Assembly (NCBI GenBank): GCA_002269645.1
Contig: NIVC01001483.1
Location: 1-64,000 of the forward strand
Source of the DNA: Macrostomum lignano
Lineage: Eukaryota
Reading direction: 5' to 3'
DNA length: 64,000 nucleotides
The position numbers and the translations under genes were made by a program. Numbering within the stretch: position 1 is the first letter of the stretch; each line of letters starts with the position of its first letter. A model generated the notes under the pieces. It searched no databases and had not been told where the DNA came from. It worked only from the letters and a program-made list of their open reading frames with translations. Of this stretch, positions 1 to 13,821 are shown in pieces.

Positions 1-972
1 TCATCACGTACGTCGCTTTGCCTACGATTATATACTAATTCCTCGCCTCTGATCTACTGAACACTGTGATTTAATGGTTTTTTTAGGGGGCGACAACCCT
101 TACATTCTGTTTCTCAAACTTGACAAGACCAAGACAAGCAGATCTTGTCGTGTCATTCTTAGCAGATCTTCTCAATCTGCTCGGTTTTTGCAGGATCTTC
201 TAAGAAGGGAGATAGAATTTGTTTTGTTATTCATTTTGCTGAAGTGTTCTAGCTGAATTATATTTTATGACACTATGGGACAATAAATTTAAGAAAATAC
301 TATACATGTATGCAATTCGAAGCTATAATAAAATATATAAAAGTTAAGATATTGTACCATATGTAGCAAGTCCCCCAGATCTGGTAAGTTTACCCAAGTA
401 TTATAATAGCAAAGATCTTGCATGTTCTTGCAAGTACTTGCGCAGTAATCCAAGAAGATTTAGATAAGATCTGTTAAGAATCAACAAGTCAGGGAAGTTC
501 ACTGTTGTTTCAAAGAGATGAGCAAAAATCGAAAAACTTTATTGAACTTCGCAGGAAAAATATTGTAAGCAAAGTTGTTATTCCTTTGGTAATGTGCACG
601 TATTCATGCAAATTGCAAATGTAACAGCAACACGTACACAGCTATACTTTGCAGATATAAATTAGCAGCAGATAGTTGTGCTTTCAATCTAAAAGTAAAT
701 CTTATATTTGCGCTTTGATAAATTGAAATATTTTAATAGATTTTTTGCATCGCAAAGAATACATCTTATCCTACCATACTCATTGGCTACAATCTACTTT
801 GTTGAATCTTGTGCAGACGCAAAGCAATTTTTAATTTTAGAAGTATTGAACACTTTATTTAAAGCCAATTTGTGTCAATTAAATTTAGTTAAGTTAGTCA
901 TCAGTGAAAGCGTCATTAATTTCTGCCTCTCCATTTTGGTTTACTTCCTGAGAAAACATTTATTTTGTGATT

Positions 973-3363
973 ATGGATCGAATCAAAGGATACTGGAACA
1001 CAATTCTTTCCGAATTATCAAGTCCGCTAAATCTTGCCCTCGTTGGTATTTGTGCTTTTCTGACCTATAAGATTTTCTTTGGTCGCTCAAAACCAGAGCT
1101 TCCACCGCCCAAGTCAAATCGTTTGCCTAAGATGAAGAAACGTGACTTTACTCGACAAGAGCTTGCGCGTTATAACGGTGTTGACAATGATGAAAAGCGG
1201 ATTTTGATTGCCATTCGAGGACAGTCTTTGATGTGAGCAATCGAGGCCGCGATTTCTATGGCCCTGGTAAGTTTTATACTTTATATTAAGGAGTAAGGAA
1301 TATACTTAATACTTATTCTAATACTCAAACCAATGCTAAGACTTATGCTCAGAGGTGAACTGTAATCTATCATAGCTAGTAACAGCTGTTCTGTAGAATT
1401 AGTTTCAGAGGGTAAGAACTTTGCCCCAGAACAGCTTGTTGGCTTAACAGTGCAATTTTAATATTCCAAGCATTGCCATTAGGTCTAGAACACACTGAAA
1501 TAAATTTTTAGAAGTTAGGCCTAATTTAGAGGCTATCTATAATATAGATCTATAATATATGCATTATTTCTAACCATGATTGACTATAAAAAGTATATTA
1601 CAACTAATAAATTTAAATTTTTATTAAATTAGGCCTAACAAATAAGCAGTGCTTATTTCCATGGTACCATATATAAGAATAATTTTTGTCTTATTCCTAA
1701 AGTACCATGGGAATGATTTTCTGCTTATTTGCATAGTAGTGTAACGATGTTGATATTTATATTTTAAAAAATAATAATTTAGTATTATTAATGTCTCTTT
1801 AGTATTTTATTAATTTATTTACTATTCATTAGCAAATCTTAAAGTTATTCAATATTTACACTTAAAATTTGTTTTACTGTATCCTTCATAGAAATAAGAG
1901 TATTACATTATTTTAAAGGTGGTTATATCGCGTTTTTGCGCTCTAGGCTTCCTCTCTTGCTCTGGTCTCGTTTCGTGCATGTTTTTGGTTGGTGCCTGTT
2001 ACTATAGCTTACTAACAATAATTAAACGTCAATAGTTTAAATCCTGCCTGTTCAAATTATTAATACAACAAAATAAAATCAGTCAAAGTTCAACATAGGA
2101 CTATTCAACTCGATTCGGCCACAAGACTCTGACTCTCCTACTATGAAGACTCAGTTTACTATTGATCGTGCAGCCGTCAGCAACTTTAGCCATTAAGCAC
2201 CGAACAAAGAGGGGTCGCGTCACATTAGCTGTCCTATTTTCTTTACATATACCATTGCCATAGAAATAATTTCTATATTATCTGCATAGCACACTGACAA
2301 GATAGTTATCTTATATTCCCATAGATACTATAAGGAATAATGTAAATTTAAATTAAATAATTAAATTAAATAATTAATTAAATAATAAGTAATTTAATAT
2401 TTTTAAACTCATCTTTTTATGCCATTAACTATAAAACATAGATAAAATTAATATTGGTAGACTGTCTTAATCTATTTGCATGAAAAAATAAATTTTTATA
2501 TTGAAGATATGGAGCTTTTAGCTTCTTAAAGAATTCAAATTTAGGCAAGTTTTTCCTATTTTCATTAGTGATAGAGTTTCTAGCAAAATCGGAGTCAATT
2601 TGAATAAAACTATAGTAATGTATGTGTGTGCAACTTATCTTTGATCTACTTTAATTTACATGAATCAGATCAGCTGGCATTTGCACATACATATTACAGA
2701 AATACATTTCTCATTTTGCACTTTTCCAAAATGTTTGACTGTAATTTTAGTGTCACCTTATAGTCACAGTGCAAAATAAAAGCTTTCTAAATTATCTTAC
2801 AAGAATTTTTGTAGTTAATATGCATGTTTAGGCACCTATTTTACTGTAGTTTCCATAGTATTACATAGCCATATCCTAAGTATTAAAAACAATTTTTTAA
2901 TGACTATTATTTAATTATCCAATATGAATTCTAAAAGTTTCTGCACTAGTTCACACTGCACAGAGTAAGAAGATGGTTATTAAAATATTTTTTAACTTCA
3001 GGTGGTCCCTACGAGGACCTGGCTGGCCGCGATGCCTCTCGGGCCCTGGCCACCTTCTCCCTGAACAAGGACGCCTTCAAGGATGAGGTGGACGATCTAA
3101 GCGACTTGGACAGCTTTCAAGTTGAGAGCCTGGACAACTGGGAGCAGCAGTTCAAAGGTAGGGTGGCTTGAGTTAAGCACCGGATTTGCGTACACACCCA
3201 GCATCCAGCTGATACCATCCCATTATTGATCAATAAACGTTTATAACATTTATTTTCAGAAAAGTACGACACTGTAGGCAAACTGCTCAAGCCGGGCGAG
3301 CAGCCAACTGAATATCCGGACTCTGATGGTGACGGAGCTGAAGGTCACGCTAAAAATAATTAA
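973..3363 (+). CDS. PGRMC: Membrane-associated progesterone receptor (cytochrome b5-like heme/steroid-binding), 3 coding exons: 973-1266, 3002-3157, 3260-3363; apparent 1-nt deletion near 1222
   Basis: N-terminal TM helix (LNLALVGICAFLTYKIFF), then RDFTRQELARYNG..RILIAIRG, then in a shifted frame VFDVSNRGRDFYGPG/GPYEDLAGRDASRALATF..DDLSDL..LDNWEQQF/EKYDTVGKLLKPGE. These match the PGRMC family. GT-AG junctions at 1267/3001 and 3158/3259 with consistent phase 1. Confidence 0.9.
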
Positions 3364-3776
3364 ATTGATTTGGATTTTCAACTTAATCTATTTATTTTGA
3401 CTGCAAACTACTTTTTGCACCGTTGCTTATTTAAGTAGTATGTGTTGATTTTTTAAGACGCAAGTTTGTTAATTTTTTATATTGAAACTGTCATTCAGTC
3501 TTTTAAGTAATTATTTTTAGTATATAGGATTTTTGTGTGCAAAAAATAATGAAAAAAATATACTAGCTGTTCGGTAGAAGCTGCTGATTTTTATTGCCTT
3601 GAGTAGATCATTAAAACCTGAAGAATTTGTGTCATTTACTCGTACTTTGCTTAGCAGCCTCCTTGGGACCAGCAATCATTGGTCCCTCACTCTAGCAAGG
3701 CATCGGAGGAATAAAAATTGAAGTTCACATTTAAAATAACTTGCATGCTTATAAGATACTTTGTTAGTTTTGTACC

Positions 3777-3782
3777 AATAAA
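3777..3782 (+). terminator. Candidate polyadenylation signal for PGRMC
   Basis: AATAAA about 415 nt after the stop, in an AT-rich 3' region just before the minisatellite starts. Confidence 0.3.
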
Positions 3783-3837
3783 GATGTTTAAAAAATAAAG
3801 GCATTACCATTGGCATCGGGCTTTCCAGCATCCATAT

Positions 3838-6800
3838 CCTTGAGCATGGAATCTCAGCAATTCCCCATTGAGCCATGAAATCTCAGCAACTCCCCATTGA
3901 GCCATGGCATCTCAGCAACTCCCCATTGAGCCATGGCATCTCAGCAACTCCCCATTGAGCCATGGCATCTCAGCAACTCCCCATTGAGCCATGGCATCTC
4001 AGCAACTCCCCTTGAGCCATGGCATCTCAGCAACTCCCCATTGAGCCATGGCATCTCAGCAACTCCCCTTAAGCTTTGTCATCTCAGCAACTCCCCATTG
4101 AGCCATGGCATCTCAGCAACTCCCCTTGAGCCATGGCATCTCAGCAACTCCCCATTGAGCCATGGCATCTCAGCAACTCCCCTTAAGCTTTGTCATCTCA
4201 GCAACTCCCCATTGAGCCATGGCATCTCAGCAACTCCCCTTGAGCCATGGCATCTCAGCAACTCCCCATTGAGCCATGGCATCTCAGCAACTCCCCTTAA
4301 GCTTTGTCATCTCAGCAACTCCCCATTGAGCCATGGCATCTCAGCAACTCCCCTTAAGCCTTGTCATCTCAGCAACTCCCCCATTGAGCCATGGCATCTC
4401 AGCAACTCCCCATTGAGCCATGGCATCTCAGCAACTCCCCTTAAGCCTTGTCATCTCAGCAACTCCCCATTGAGCCATGGCATCTCAGCAACTCCCCTTA
4501 AGCCTTGTCATCTCAGCAACTCCCATTGAGCCATGGCATCTCAGCAACTCCCCTTGAGCCATGGCATCTCAGCAACTCCCCATTGAGCCATGGCATCTCA
4601 GCAACTCCCCTTAAGCTTTGTCATCTCAGCAACTCCCCTTAAGCCTAGTCATCTCAGCAACTACCCTTGAGCCATGACATCGATCAGCAACTCCCCATTG
4701 AGCCATGGCATCTCAGCAACTCCCCATTGAGCCATGGCATCTCAGCAACTACCCTTAAGCTTTGTCATCTCAGCAACTCCCCATTGAGCCATGGCATCTC
4801 AGCAACTCCCCTTAAGCTTTGTCATCTCAGCAACTCCCCCATTGAGCCATGGCATCTCAGCAACTCCCCTTAAGCTTTGTCATCTCAGCAACTCCCCATT
4901 GAGCCATGGCATCAGCAACTCCCCTTAAGCATTGTCATCTCAGCAACTCCCCTTGAGCCATGGCATCTCAGCAACTCCCCTTAAGCCTTGTCATCTCAGC
5001 ATCTCCCCTTAAGCCATGTCATCTCAGCAACTCCCCTTAAGCCATGTCATCTCAGCAACTCCCCTTGAGCCATGGCATCTCAGCAACTCCCCATTGAGCC
5101 ATGGCATCTCAGCAACTCCCCTTAAGCTTTGTCATCTCAGCAACTCCCCATTGAGCCATGGCATCTCAGCAACTCCCCTTGAGCCATGGCATCTCAGCAA
5201 CTCCCATTGAGCCATGGCATCTCAGCAACTCCCCTTAAGCTTTGTCATCTCAGCAACTCCCCATTGAGCCATGGCATCTCAGCAACTCCCCTTAAGCCTT
5301 GTCATCTCAGCAACTCCCCCATTGAGCCATGGCATCTCAGCAACTACCCCATTGAGCCATGGCATCTCAGCAACTCCCCATTGAGCCATGGCATCTCAGC
5401 AACTCCCCATTGAGCCATGGCATCTCAGCAACTCCCCTTAAGCCTTGTCATCTCAGCAACTCCCCATTGAGCCATGGCATCTCAGCAACTCCCCTTGAGC
5501 CATGGCATCTCAGCAACTCCCCATTGAGCCATGGCATCTCAGCAACTCCCCTTAAGCTTTGTCATCTCAGCAACTCCCCTTAAGCCTAGTCATCTCAGCA
5601 ACTACCCTTGAGCCATGACATCGATCAGCAACTCCCCTTAAGCTTTGTCATCTCAGCAACTCCCCATTGAGCCATGGCATCTCAGCAACTCCCCTTAAGC
5701 CTTGTCATCTCAGCAACTCCCCCATTGAGCCATGGCATCTCAGCAACTACCCCATTGAGCCATGGCATCTCAGCAACTCCCCATTGAGCCATGGCATCTC
5801 AGCAACTCCCCTTAAGCTTTGTCATCTCAGCAACTCCCCATTGAGCCATGGCATCAGCAACTCCCCTTAAGCATTGTCATCTCAGCAACTCCCCTTGAGC
5901 CATGGCATCTCAGCAACTCCCCTTAAGCCTTGTCATCTCAGCAACTCCCCTTAAGCCTTGTCATCTCAGCATCTCCCCTTAAGCCATGTCATCTCAGCAA
6001 CTCCCCTTAAGCCATGTCATCTCAGCAACTCCCCATTGAGCCATGGCATCTCAGCAACTCCCCTTAAGCCTTGTCATCTCAGCAACTCCCCTTAAGCCAT
6101 GTCATCTCAGCAACTCCCCCTTGAGCCATGGCATCTCAGCAACTCCCCCATTGAGCCAAGGCATCTCAGAAACTCCCCATTGAGCCATGGCATCTCAGCA
6201 ACTCCCCATTGAGCCATGGCATCTCAGCAACTCCCCATTGAGCCATGGCATCTCAGCAACTCCCCATTGAGCCATGGCATCTCAGCAACTCCCCTTAAGC
6301 CTATAGTCATCTCAGCAACTACCCTTGAGCCATGGCATCTCAACAACTCCCCTTAAGCATTGTCATCTCAGCAACTCCCCTTGAGCCATGGCATCTCAGC
6401 AACTCCCCTTAAGCCTTGTCATCTCAGCAACTCCCCTTAAGCCTTGTCATCTCAGCATCTCCCCTTAAGCCATGTCATCGCAGCAACTCCGCTTAAGCCT
6501 TGTCATCTCAGCAACTCACCTTAAGCCTTGTCATCTCAGCAACTCCCCTTAAGCCATGTCATCTCAGCAACTCCCCTTAAGCCTTGTCATCTCAGCAACT
6601 CCCCCATTGAGCCATGGCATCTCAGCAACTACCCTTGATCCATGGCATCTCAGCAACTCCCCATTGAGCCATGGCATCTCAGCAACTCCCCTTAAGCTTT
6701 GTCATCTCAGCAACTCCCCATTGAGCCATGGCATCTCAGCAACTCCCCTTAAGCCTTGTCATCTCAGCAACTCCCCCATTGAGCCATGGCATCTCAGCAA

Positions 6801-9800
6801 CTACCCCATTGAGCCATGGCATCTCAGCAACTCCCCTTAAGCCTTGTCATCTCAGCAACTCCCCATTGAGCCATGGCATCTCAGCAACTCCCCTTAAGCC
6901 TTGTCATCTCAGCAACTCCCCATTGAGCCATGGCATCTCAGCAACTCCCCTTGAGCCATGGCATCTCAGCAACTCCCCATTGAGCCATGGCATCTCAGCA
7001 ACTCCCCTTAAGCTTTGTCATCTCAGCAACTCCCCTTAAGCCTAGTCATCTCAGCAACTACCCTTGAGCCATGACATCGATCAGCAACTCCCCATTGAGC
7101 CATGGCATCTCAGCAACTCCCCATTGAGCCATGGCATCTCAGCAACTACCCTTAAGCTTTGTCATCTCAGCAACTCCCCATTGAGCCATGGCATCTCAGC
7201 AACTCCCCTTAAGCTTTGTCATCTCAGCAACTCCCCATTGAGCCATGGCATCAGCAACTCCCCTTAAGCATTGTCATCTCAGCAACTCCCCTTGAGCCAT
7301 GGCATCTCAGCAACTCCCCTTAAGCCTTGTCATCTCAGCATCTCCCCTTAAGCCATGTCATCTCAGCAACTCCCCTTAAGCCATGTCATCTCAGCAACTC
7401 CCCTTGAGCCATGGCATCTCAGCAACTCCCCATTGAGCCATGGCATCTCAGCAACTCCCCTTAAGCTTTGTCATCTCAGCAACTCCCCATTGAGCCATGG
7501 CATCTCAGCAACTCCCCTTGAGCCATGGCATCTCAGCAACTCCCCATTGAGCCATGGCATCTCAGCAACTCCCCTTAAGCTTTGTCATCTCAGCAACTCC
7601 CCATTGAGCCATGGCATCTCAGCAACTCCCCTTAAGCCTTGTCATCTCAGCAACTCCCCCATTGAGCCATGGCATCTCAGCAACTACCCCATTGAGCCAT
7701 GGCATCTCAGCAACTCCCCATTGAGCCATGGCATCTCAGCAACTCCCCATTGAGCCATGGCATCTCAGCAACTCCCCTTAAGCCTTGTCATCTCAGCAAC
7801 TCCCCATTGAGCCATGGCATCTCAGCAACTCCCCTTGAGCCATGGCATCTCAGCAACTCCCCATTGAGCCATGGCATCTCAGCAACTCCCCTTAAGCTTT
7901 GTCATCTCAGCAACTCCCCTTAAGCCTAGTCATCTCAGCAACTACCCTTGAGCCATGACATCGATCAGCAACTCCCCTTAAGCTTTGTCATCTCAGCAAC
8001 TCCCCATTGAGCCATGGCATCTCAGCAACTCCCCTTAAGCCTTGTCATCTCAGCAACTCCCCCATTGAGCCATGGCATCTCAGCAACTACCCCATTGAGC
8101 CATGGCATCTCAGCAACTCCCCATTGAGCCATGGCATCTCAGCAACTCCCCTTAAGCTTTGTCATCTCAGCAACTCCCCATTGAGCCATGGCATCAGCAA
8201 CTCCCCTTAAGCATTGTCATCTCAGCAACTCCCCTTGAGCCATGGCATCTCAGCAACTCCCTTAAGCCTTGTCATCTCAGCAACTCCCCTTAAGCCTTGT
8301 CATCTCAGCATCTCCCCTTAAGCCATGTCATCTCAGCAACTCCCCTTAAGCCATGTCATCTCAGCAACTCCCCATTGAGCCATGGCATCTCAGCAACTCC
8401 CCTTAAGCCTTGTCATCTCAGCAACTCCCCTTAAGCCATGTCATCTCAGCAACTCCCCTTGAGCCATGGCATCTCAGCAACTCCCCATTGAGCCAAGGCA
8501 TCTCAGAAACTCCCCATTGAGCCATGGCATCTCAGCAACTCCCCATTGAGCCATGGCATCTCAGCAACTCCCCATTGAGCCATGGCATCTCAGCAACTCC
8601 CCATTGAGCCATGGCATCTCAGCAACTCCCCTTAAGCCTATAGTCATCTCAGCAACTACCCTTGAGCCATGGCATCTCAACAACTCCCCTTAAGCATTGT
8701 CATCTCAGCAACTCCCCTTGAGCCATGCATCTCAGCAACTCCCCTTAAGCCTTGTCATCTCAGCAACTCCCCTTAAGCCTTGTCATCTCAGCATCTCCCC
8801 TTAAGCCATGTCATCGCAGCAACTCCGCTTAAGCCTTGTCATCTCAGCAACTCACCTTAAGCCTTGTCATCTCAGCAACTCCCCTTAAGCCATGTCATCT
8901 CAGCAACTCCCCTTAAGCCTTGTCATCTCAGCAACTCCCCCATTGAGCCATGGCATCTCAGCAACTACCCTTGATCCATGGCATCTCAGCAACTCCCCAT
9001 TGAGCCATGGCATCTCAGCAACTCCCCTTAAGCCTATAGTCATCTCAGCAACTACCCTTGAGCCATGGCATCTCAGCAACTCCCCTTAAGCATTGTCATC
9101 TCAGCAACTCCCCTTGAGCCATGGCATCTCAGCAACTCCCCTTAAGCCTTGTCATCTCAGCAACTCCCCTTAAGCCTTGTCATCTCAGCATCTCCCCTTA
9201 AGCCATGTCATCTCAGCAACTCCCCTTAAGCCATGGCATCTCAGCAACTCCCCATTGAGCCATGGCATCTCAGCAACTCCCCTTAAGCCTTGTCATCTCA
9301 GCAACTCCCCTTAAGACATGTCATCTCAGCAACTCCCCCTTGAGCCATGGCATCTCATCAACTCCCCCATTGAGCCAAGGCATCTCAGCAACTCCCCATT
9401 GAGCCATGGCATCTCAGCAACTACCCTTGATCCATGGCATCTCAGCAACTCCCCATTGAGCCATGGCATCTCAGCAACTCCCCTTAAGCCTATAGTCATC
9501 TCAGCAACTACCCTTGAGCCATGGCATCTCAGCAACTCCCCTTAAGCATTGTCATCTCAGCAACTCCCCTTGAGCCATGGCATCTCAGCAACTCCCCTTA
9601 AGCCTTGTCATCTCAGCAACTCCCCTTAAGCCTTGTCATCTCAGCATCTCCCCTTAAGCCATGTCATCTCAGCAACTCTCCTTAAGCCATGGCATCTCAG
9701 CAACTCCCCATTGAGCCATGGCATCTCAGCAACTCCCCTTAAGCCTTGTCATCTCAGCAACTCCCCTTAAGACATGTCATCTCAGCAACTCCCCTTGAGC

Positions 9801-10008
9801 CATGGCATCTCATCAACTCCCCCATTGAGCCAAGGCATCTCAGCAACTCCCCATTGAGCCATGGCATCTCAGAAACTCCCCATTGAGCCATGGCATCTCA
9901 GCAACTCCCCATTGAGCCATGGCATCTCAGCAACTCCCCATTGAGCCATGGCATCTCAGCAACTCCCCCATTGAGCCATGGCATCTCAGCAACTCCCCCA
10001 TGGCATCC
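3838..10008 (+). repeat. 28-30 bp minisatellite (~210 units) with higher-order duplications
   Basis: Unit GAGCCATGGCATCTCAGCAACTCCCCATT alternates with AAGC(C/T)TTGTCATCTCAGCAACTCCCC(A/-)TT. Rare variants recur at an offset of about 2.34 kb. Confidence 0.97.
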
Positions 10009-10468
10009 CAGCTTTGAGTAAAAACCACTTCCTTTATGTAAATATACACGTACATATACATGTCGATGCTGCAGAAACTCATGTGTGTAGTTCTACGAGT
10101 ATTTACTAGAATCTCTTGTACTGCCAAGCACGTGACGTTCAGCTCCAAAACTTCCCGTGAGAAAGCAGCAGGCCTGAGATCTGTGAGCCGCTTCTCACTG
10201 CTGCCACTACTGAGGGCTCTGCGGCCTCACTCTGGCGGCCTCAGCAACTCGGCTGCTGTCACGATCGCAGCTCCACAGTGAAACGTGACTCGGACAGCCA
10301 CATCGGACCTGCAACTGCAGCAGAGCCTCAGCTGAGGCCGCGCCACTCAATCTGGCGAGATCCCACGCCCTCCACGCATTCCAGCAGCAGCTCGGGTGGA
10401 TAAATGCCGACTCGCAATGCCTGCTCAAATTTGCAACTCAAAGTGGCCGCTCCAATCAGCGACTCCCA

Positions 10469-11278
10469 TTGGCGACTCAGCAAATGCAGCACCGCCAGCT
10501 ACTCGCTGCCTGCCTCGCCGCAGCCACTGCAGCTCTGGTGCTCACCGGCGCCTCTGCTCAGTGTCCCGGACACGGCTCTGCACCTGACAGAGGCGTCACC
10601 CCACCTGTGGACGGCCTCGTGGCTGCGTTCGATTTCAGGAGGGGCCTGCACAACCTGGTGGACCCGCGCGCCTTTGCCATCGAGGACCAGTTTGGCGTGG
10701 AGAGGTCGGCAGAGGACGGGGCCTGCTTCAAGCAGAATTCAAGTGCCAGATACAGGGAGTTCTACAATGTCGGAGCTCCCATGGCATTCAATGAGTCGAT
10801 CTGGAACTCAGCAGAGTGGACCATGTACTTCAGGCTGACTCGGAGCAGCGGCAGCTGGGTTCGTTTTCTGTCGGTTCCGAGCGACCATTTGCGCCCGGAT
10901 GGGGTGCTAAACGTTTATGCTGTCATTGATCAATATTCTAGAAACAGGTTTAGATTTTATGTTGGGCAACATGACCTTCGAAGCCGGCATTATAACGAGC
11001 ACCACTTCTACGGATCGGGCTGTGCTGGCAGCTGGTGCGACATTCGGCTGGCAATGAAGAATCACATTTTGGATTCTCCTGCCATCGGATGGCCGCTGAG
11101 TTCTGATTATCAGAAGTTTACTGATTTTGTTAATGAACTGGGACTGCAGCAGCTGCAGATTGGAAATCTTTATCCATCTTCTGGTTCCCAGCGGCTCTGC
11201 GTGAGGTGCTTCGGGGTCGCCCGCAGGCAGCTGAGCGCCCATGAGGTGCGGCAGGCGATGTCGGCTTTCTGCCCCTGA
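10469..11278 (+). CDS. Secreted lectin-like protein A (269 aa): signal peptide plus ConA/LamG-like jelly-roll domain, intronless
   Basis: Hydrophobic signal (LLAACLAAATAALVLTGASA). GLVAAFDF and FGVARRQLSAHEV resemble the N- and C-terminal motifs of LamG/ConA-like domains. Clear paralogue at 18951-20639. Intact ORF with GC-rich codons. Confidence 0.8.
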   Translation: MATQQMQHRQLLAACLAAATAALVLTGASAQCPGHGSAPDRGVTPPVDGLVAAFDFRRGLHNLVDPRAFAIEDQFGVERSAEDGACFKQNSSARYREFYNVGAPMAFNESIWNSAEWTMYFRLTRSSGSWVRFLSVPSDHLRPDGVLNVYAVIDQYSRNRFRFYVGQHDLRSRHYNEHHFYGSGCAGSWCDIRLAMKNHILDSPAIGWPLSSDYQKFTDFVNELGLQQLQIGNLYPSSGSQRLCVRCFGVARRQLSAHEVRQAMSAFCP

Positions 11279-11989
11279 GACTGCGGCTGCAAGCAGTGGG
11301 CCTGGCCACTAAAATGCATTACGTAGTCGTTTTGTCTTCTTCCGAAAGTCTGTCGGTTTGTCTGTCTGTCCAGTCTGGTTTCTGTCTGTTTATCTTGACA
11401 AATTAAATGGTGCCTCAGAGCCAAGTTGGTGACGCTCTTCCTGAGTGTCCCGAATGTACGAAATTACAATATACGATCTTAGCTGCATATACAGCATTGC
11501 AAAAACTTTGATTGCCCTCAGCAATGATACCGGTGTAGCTGATGAAGTTCAAGGAAGCTAGGCACACTTGTGACCTTGGCCATTGTTCAAAATGTCTATG
11601 GTAATTACGATAAGGTAATGACATTCAAGCAATGACCGGAAAACGAACGCTGAGATTAAAAAAGTAGTCTATGTTTGTAAGTGTGGACTTCGCCCCCACA
11701 CCCCATTCGCCCTTGCCACTCGGATCCTGATGGTCAAATTGAATAATGAAGCTAGCTGGAAGTGGCGATAGCCGCTCATGTCTATGGCCATTACCATGAA
11801 TTCTCACTTCCTGACAACCCCCATTAACTTAAACCCTCGCTTCGTATTACATGTAGCTGCATTAATTGAATTGTCTAAGGCCGAAACAGACGGAAATGTA
11901 AATGACGATGCTTACACTTCATGTCAATGGCCAGTCCCATAGAATGCATTGGTCAATCAGTTGTCTATGGCTAAAATTGGCGGCCACTG

Positions 11990-12146
11990 GCCATTTTTCG
12001 CCCAGATGAGGTGCTGCCACCAAATTAATACCTTTATGCTGGCATTAATAAAACTTCTGGGGACAGGTTTGAATTTTATGTTGGGGAACATGACCTTGCG
12101 ATCCAACATTATAACGAGCACTACTTCGATGAATTTGGCTGTGACG
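11990..12146 (+). pseudogene. Lectin-like paralogue C, left half (variable core of the ConA-like domain)
   Basis: Translates RPDEVL..*..LYAGINKTSGDRFEFYVGEHDLAIQHYNEHYFDEFGCD, homologous to gene A RPDGVLNVYAVIDQYSRNRFRFYVGQHDLRSRHYNEHHFYGSGCA. In-frame TAA, and no 5' part. Confidence 0.8.
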
Positions 12147-13569
12147 CTTCCGACTGGCGCGCAGGGTCCGCCCTCTTGTGGGATGTCGGCTCCTCCGCGG
12201 GATTGAGTTGCCAGCACTCTCCAGAGGCGGCAGAAGGGGCGGCTTTCGCACTCCTGGCCGTTCCTCCGCTTTGCGCTTGAGAAAAGCTTTGTAGCGAGCA
12301 ATGCTACGGGCCTTCTTTTTAGAGGTCTGAGGTCCGCCGTCCTGTTGTCCAGCCACTTCGGTATTGTCCTGAGTGGCGACAGAAGCTGACTAAGAGTCAC
12401 CGGAGGTCCCGGTGTTGCGAATGTCCGGCTGGGCGGCGATACCAACCGCAGTTGGCGCTCCAGCAGCCTCGGACGTGTTGCAAGTAAATGAATACTCCAT
12501 GAGTCGCTGAAAGGTGAATGGGGACTAGAGGTGAGAAGCTGCTGGGCCGAAACCCCAAACCCAACAGCCAGCCAAAATATAGCGACCCGGGGTGCTTAGG
12601 CCCTTACCGGCCCGACCGCTAGCAACCGAGAAACTACCCGGCTAAGAGCCCGGCTTGGAGAGACCATACGCTCGTAGGCCGAACCAAAGGAACATCAGCG
12701 CGGTACTACACTGGTAGGCTGTCCGCATCCTGTTAAGGTCAGAGGGTGATACCTGTTCTTCAGAGCCGTGGCCAGAGGTACCTGATACGCACAGGTTCAC
12801 TTCCGGACGGAGCCCGTACCCAAATCGGCCAAGACAGAAGCCAAGGCCACGGATGGGGTGCAGGTGTAGGATACAATTCCGATAATTCTGTGCTGTGGTC
12901 GGTCTGCACTTTGCGGCCGATCTGGTCTGATGGCGTTGGTTGCTCTTTGTGGCAAAGTCATCCAGTTCATGCCAGGTCTTCATGTTTGGATTTTCCAGCT
13001 TTTTGCTTTCTTCTGATTGAAGAACGAGCTTAGCCAGACCATATTCAAGCTCTCTTGCCATGTTCGAAGTTACTCACCTTGTTAGTTTGTCCAGCCGATA
13101 CCATGTTGGCCTGCGCTCGTGAAGAGGGTCGCTGCTCCTCGAACGATGTTTGAGGTCCAGTCACCTTGCACCCGAAATCACACATTGGAAAGCGCGCGTT
13201 TCTGTGGGTGCATTTTTATGCCTCCTGTGTTCCACAGGTGCCATGCAGTCTCATTTAGTAAGATTAGTAGGTTTCCTTATTCTCATGGTGAAACACTGAT
13301 GCCGGTGCCTTGCAAGGTCACATCCCAGCTCGATGACGCTTTCTTTACTATCTGTCCGAGTCTCGCTGAGCCCAGGTTTGCCCGCTGCACGTTCCACATC
13401 GCGATTCTCACTTTCTTCTGGTTCCAGATTCTTTGCGCAGCTTCTAAACGTTGTTTGTTCCTTTATTTTACGGTGTTTCTCTCTCTCTTCGCGTTTCGAC
13501 GCCTGTTCCTTGCCCTTCTCTGCTCACTGGTTCCCGGTCCAGGTTTGCAATTTGGTTCGTATTCGCGAT

Positions 13570-13821
13570 CCGCTAACTCTTCCGCTAACTCTTCCGCTAA
13601 CTCTTCCGCTAACTCTTCCGCTAACTCTTCCGCTAACTCTTCCGCTAACTCTTCCGCTAACTCTTCCGCTAACTCTTCCGCTAACTCTTCCGCTAACTCT
13701 TCCGCTAACTCTTCCGCTAACTCTTCCGCTAACTCTTCCGCTAACTCTTCCGCTAACTCTTCCGCTAACTCTTCCGCTAACTCTTCCGCTAACTCTTCCG
13801 CTAACTCTTCCGCTAACTCTT
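13570..13821. repeat. Perfect 12-bp tandem repeat (CCGCTAACTCTT)x21
   Basis: 21 identical units counted. Confidence 0.97.

Noticed and set aside
3933-9545. Many ORFs of type SHGISATPLEPWHLSNSP
   Set aside because: Translations of a 28-30-bp minisatellite whose period is not codon-locked; no coding signature
3838-10008. CRISPR-like appearance (constant ~29-bp repeat with variable segments); also considered for 45051-45600
   Set aside because: No unique spacers, only two or three recurrent variants; eukaryotic context; no cas genes
12780-12960. PAPHPWPW, an integrase-like PW motif
   Set aside because: No HHCC or DDE context; cannot be supported
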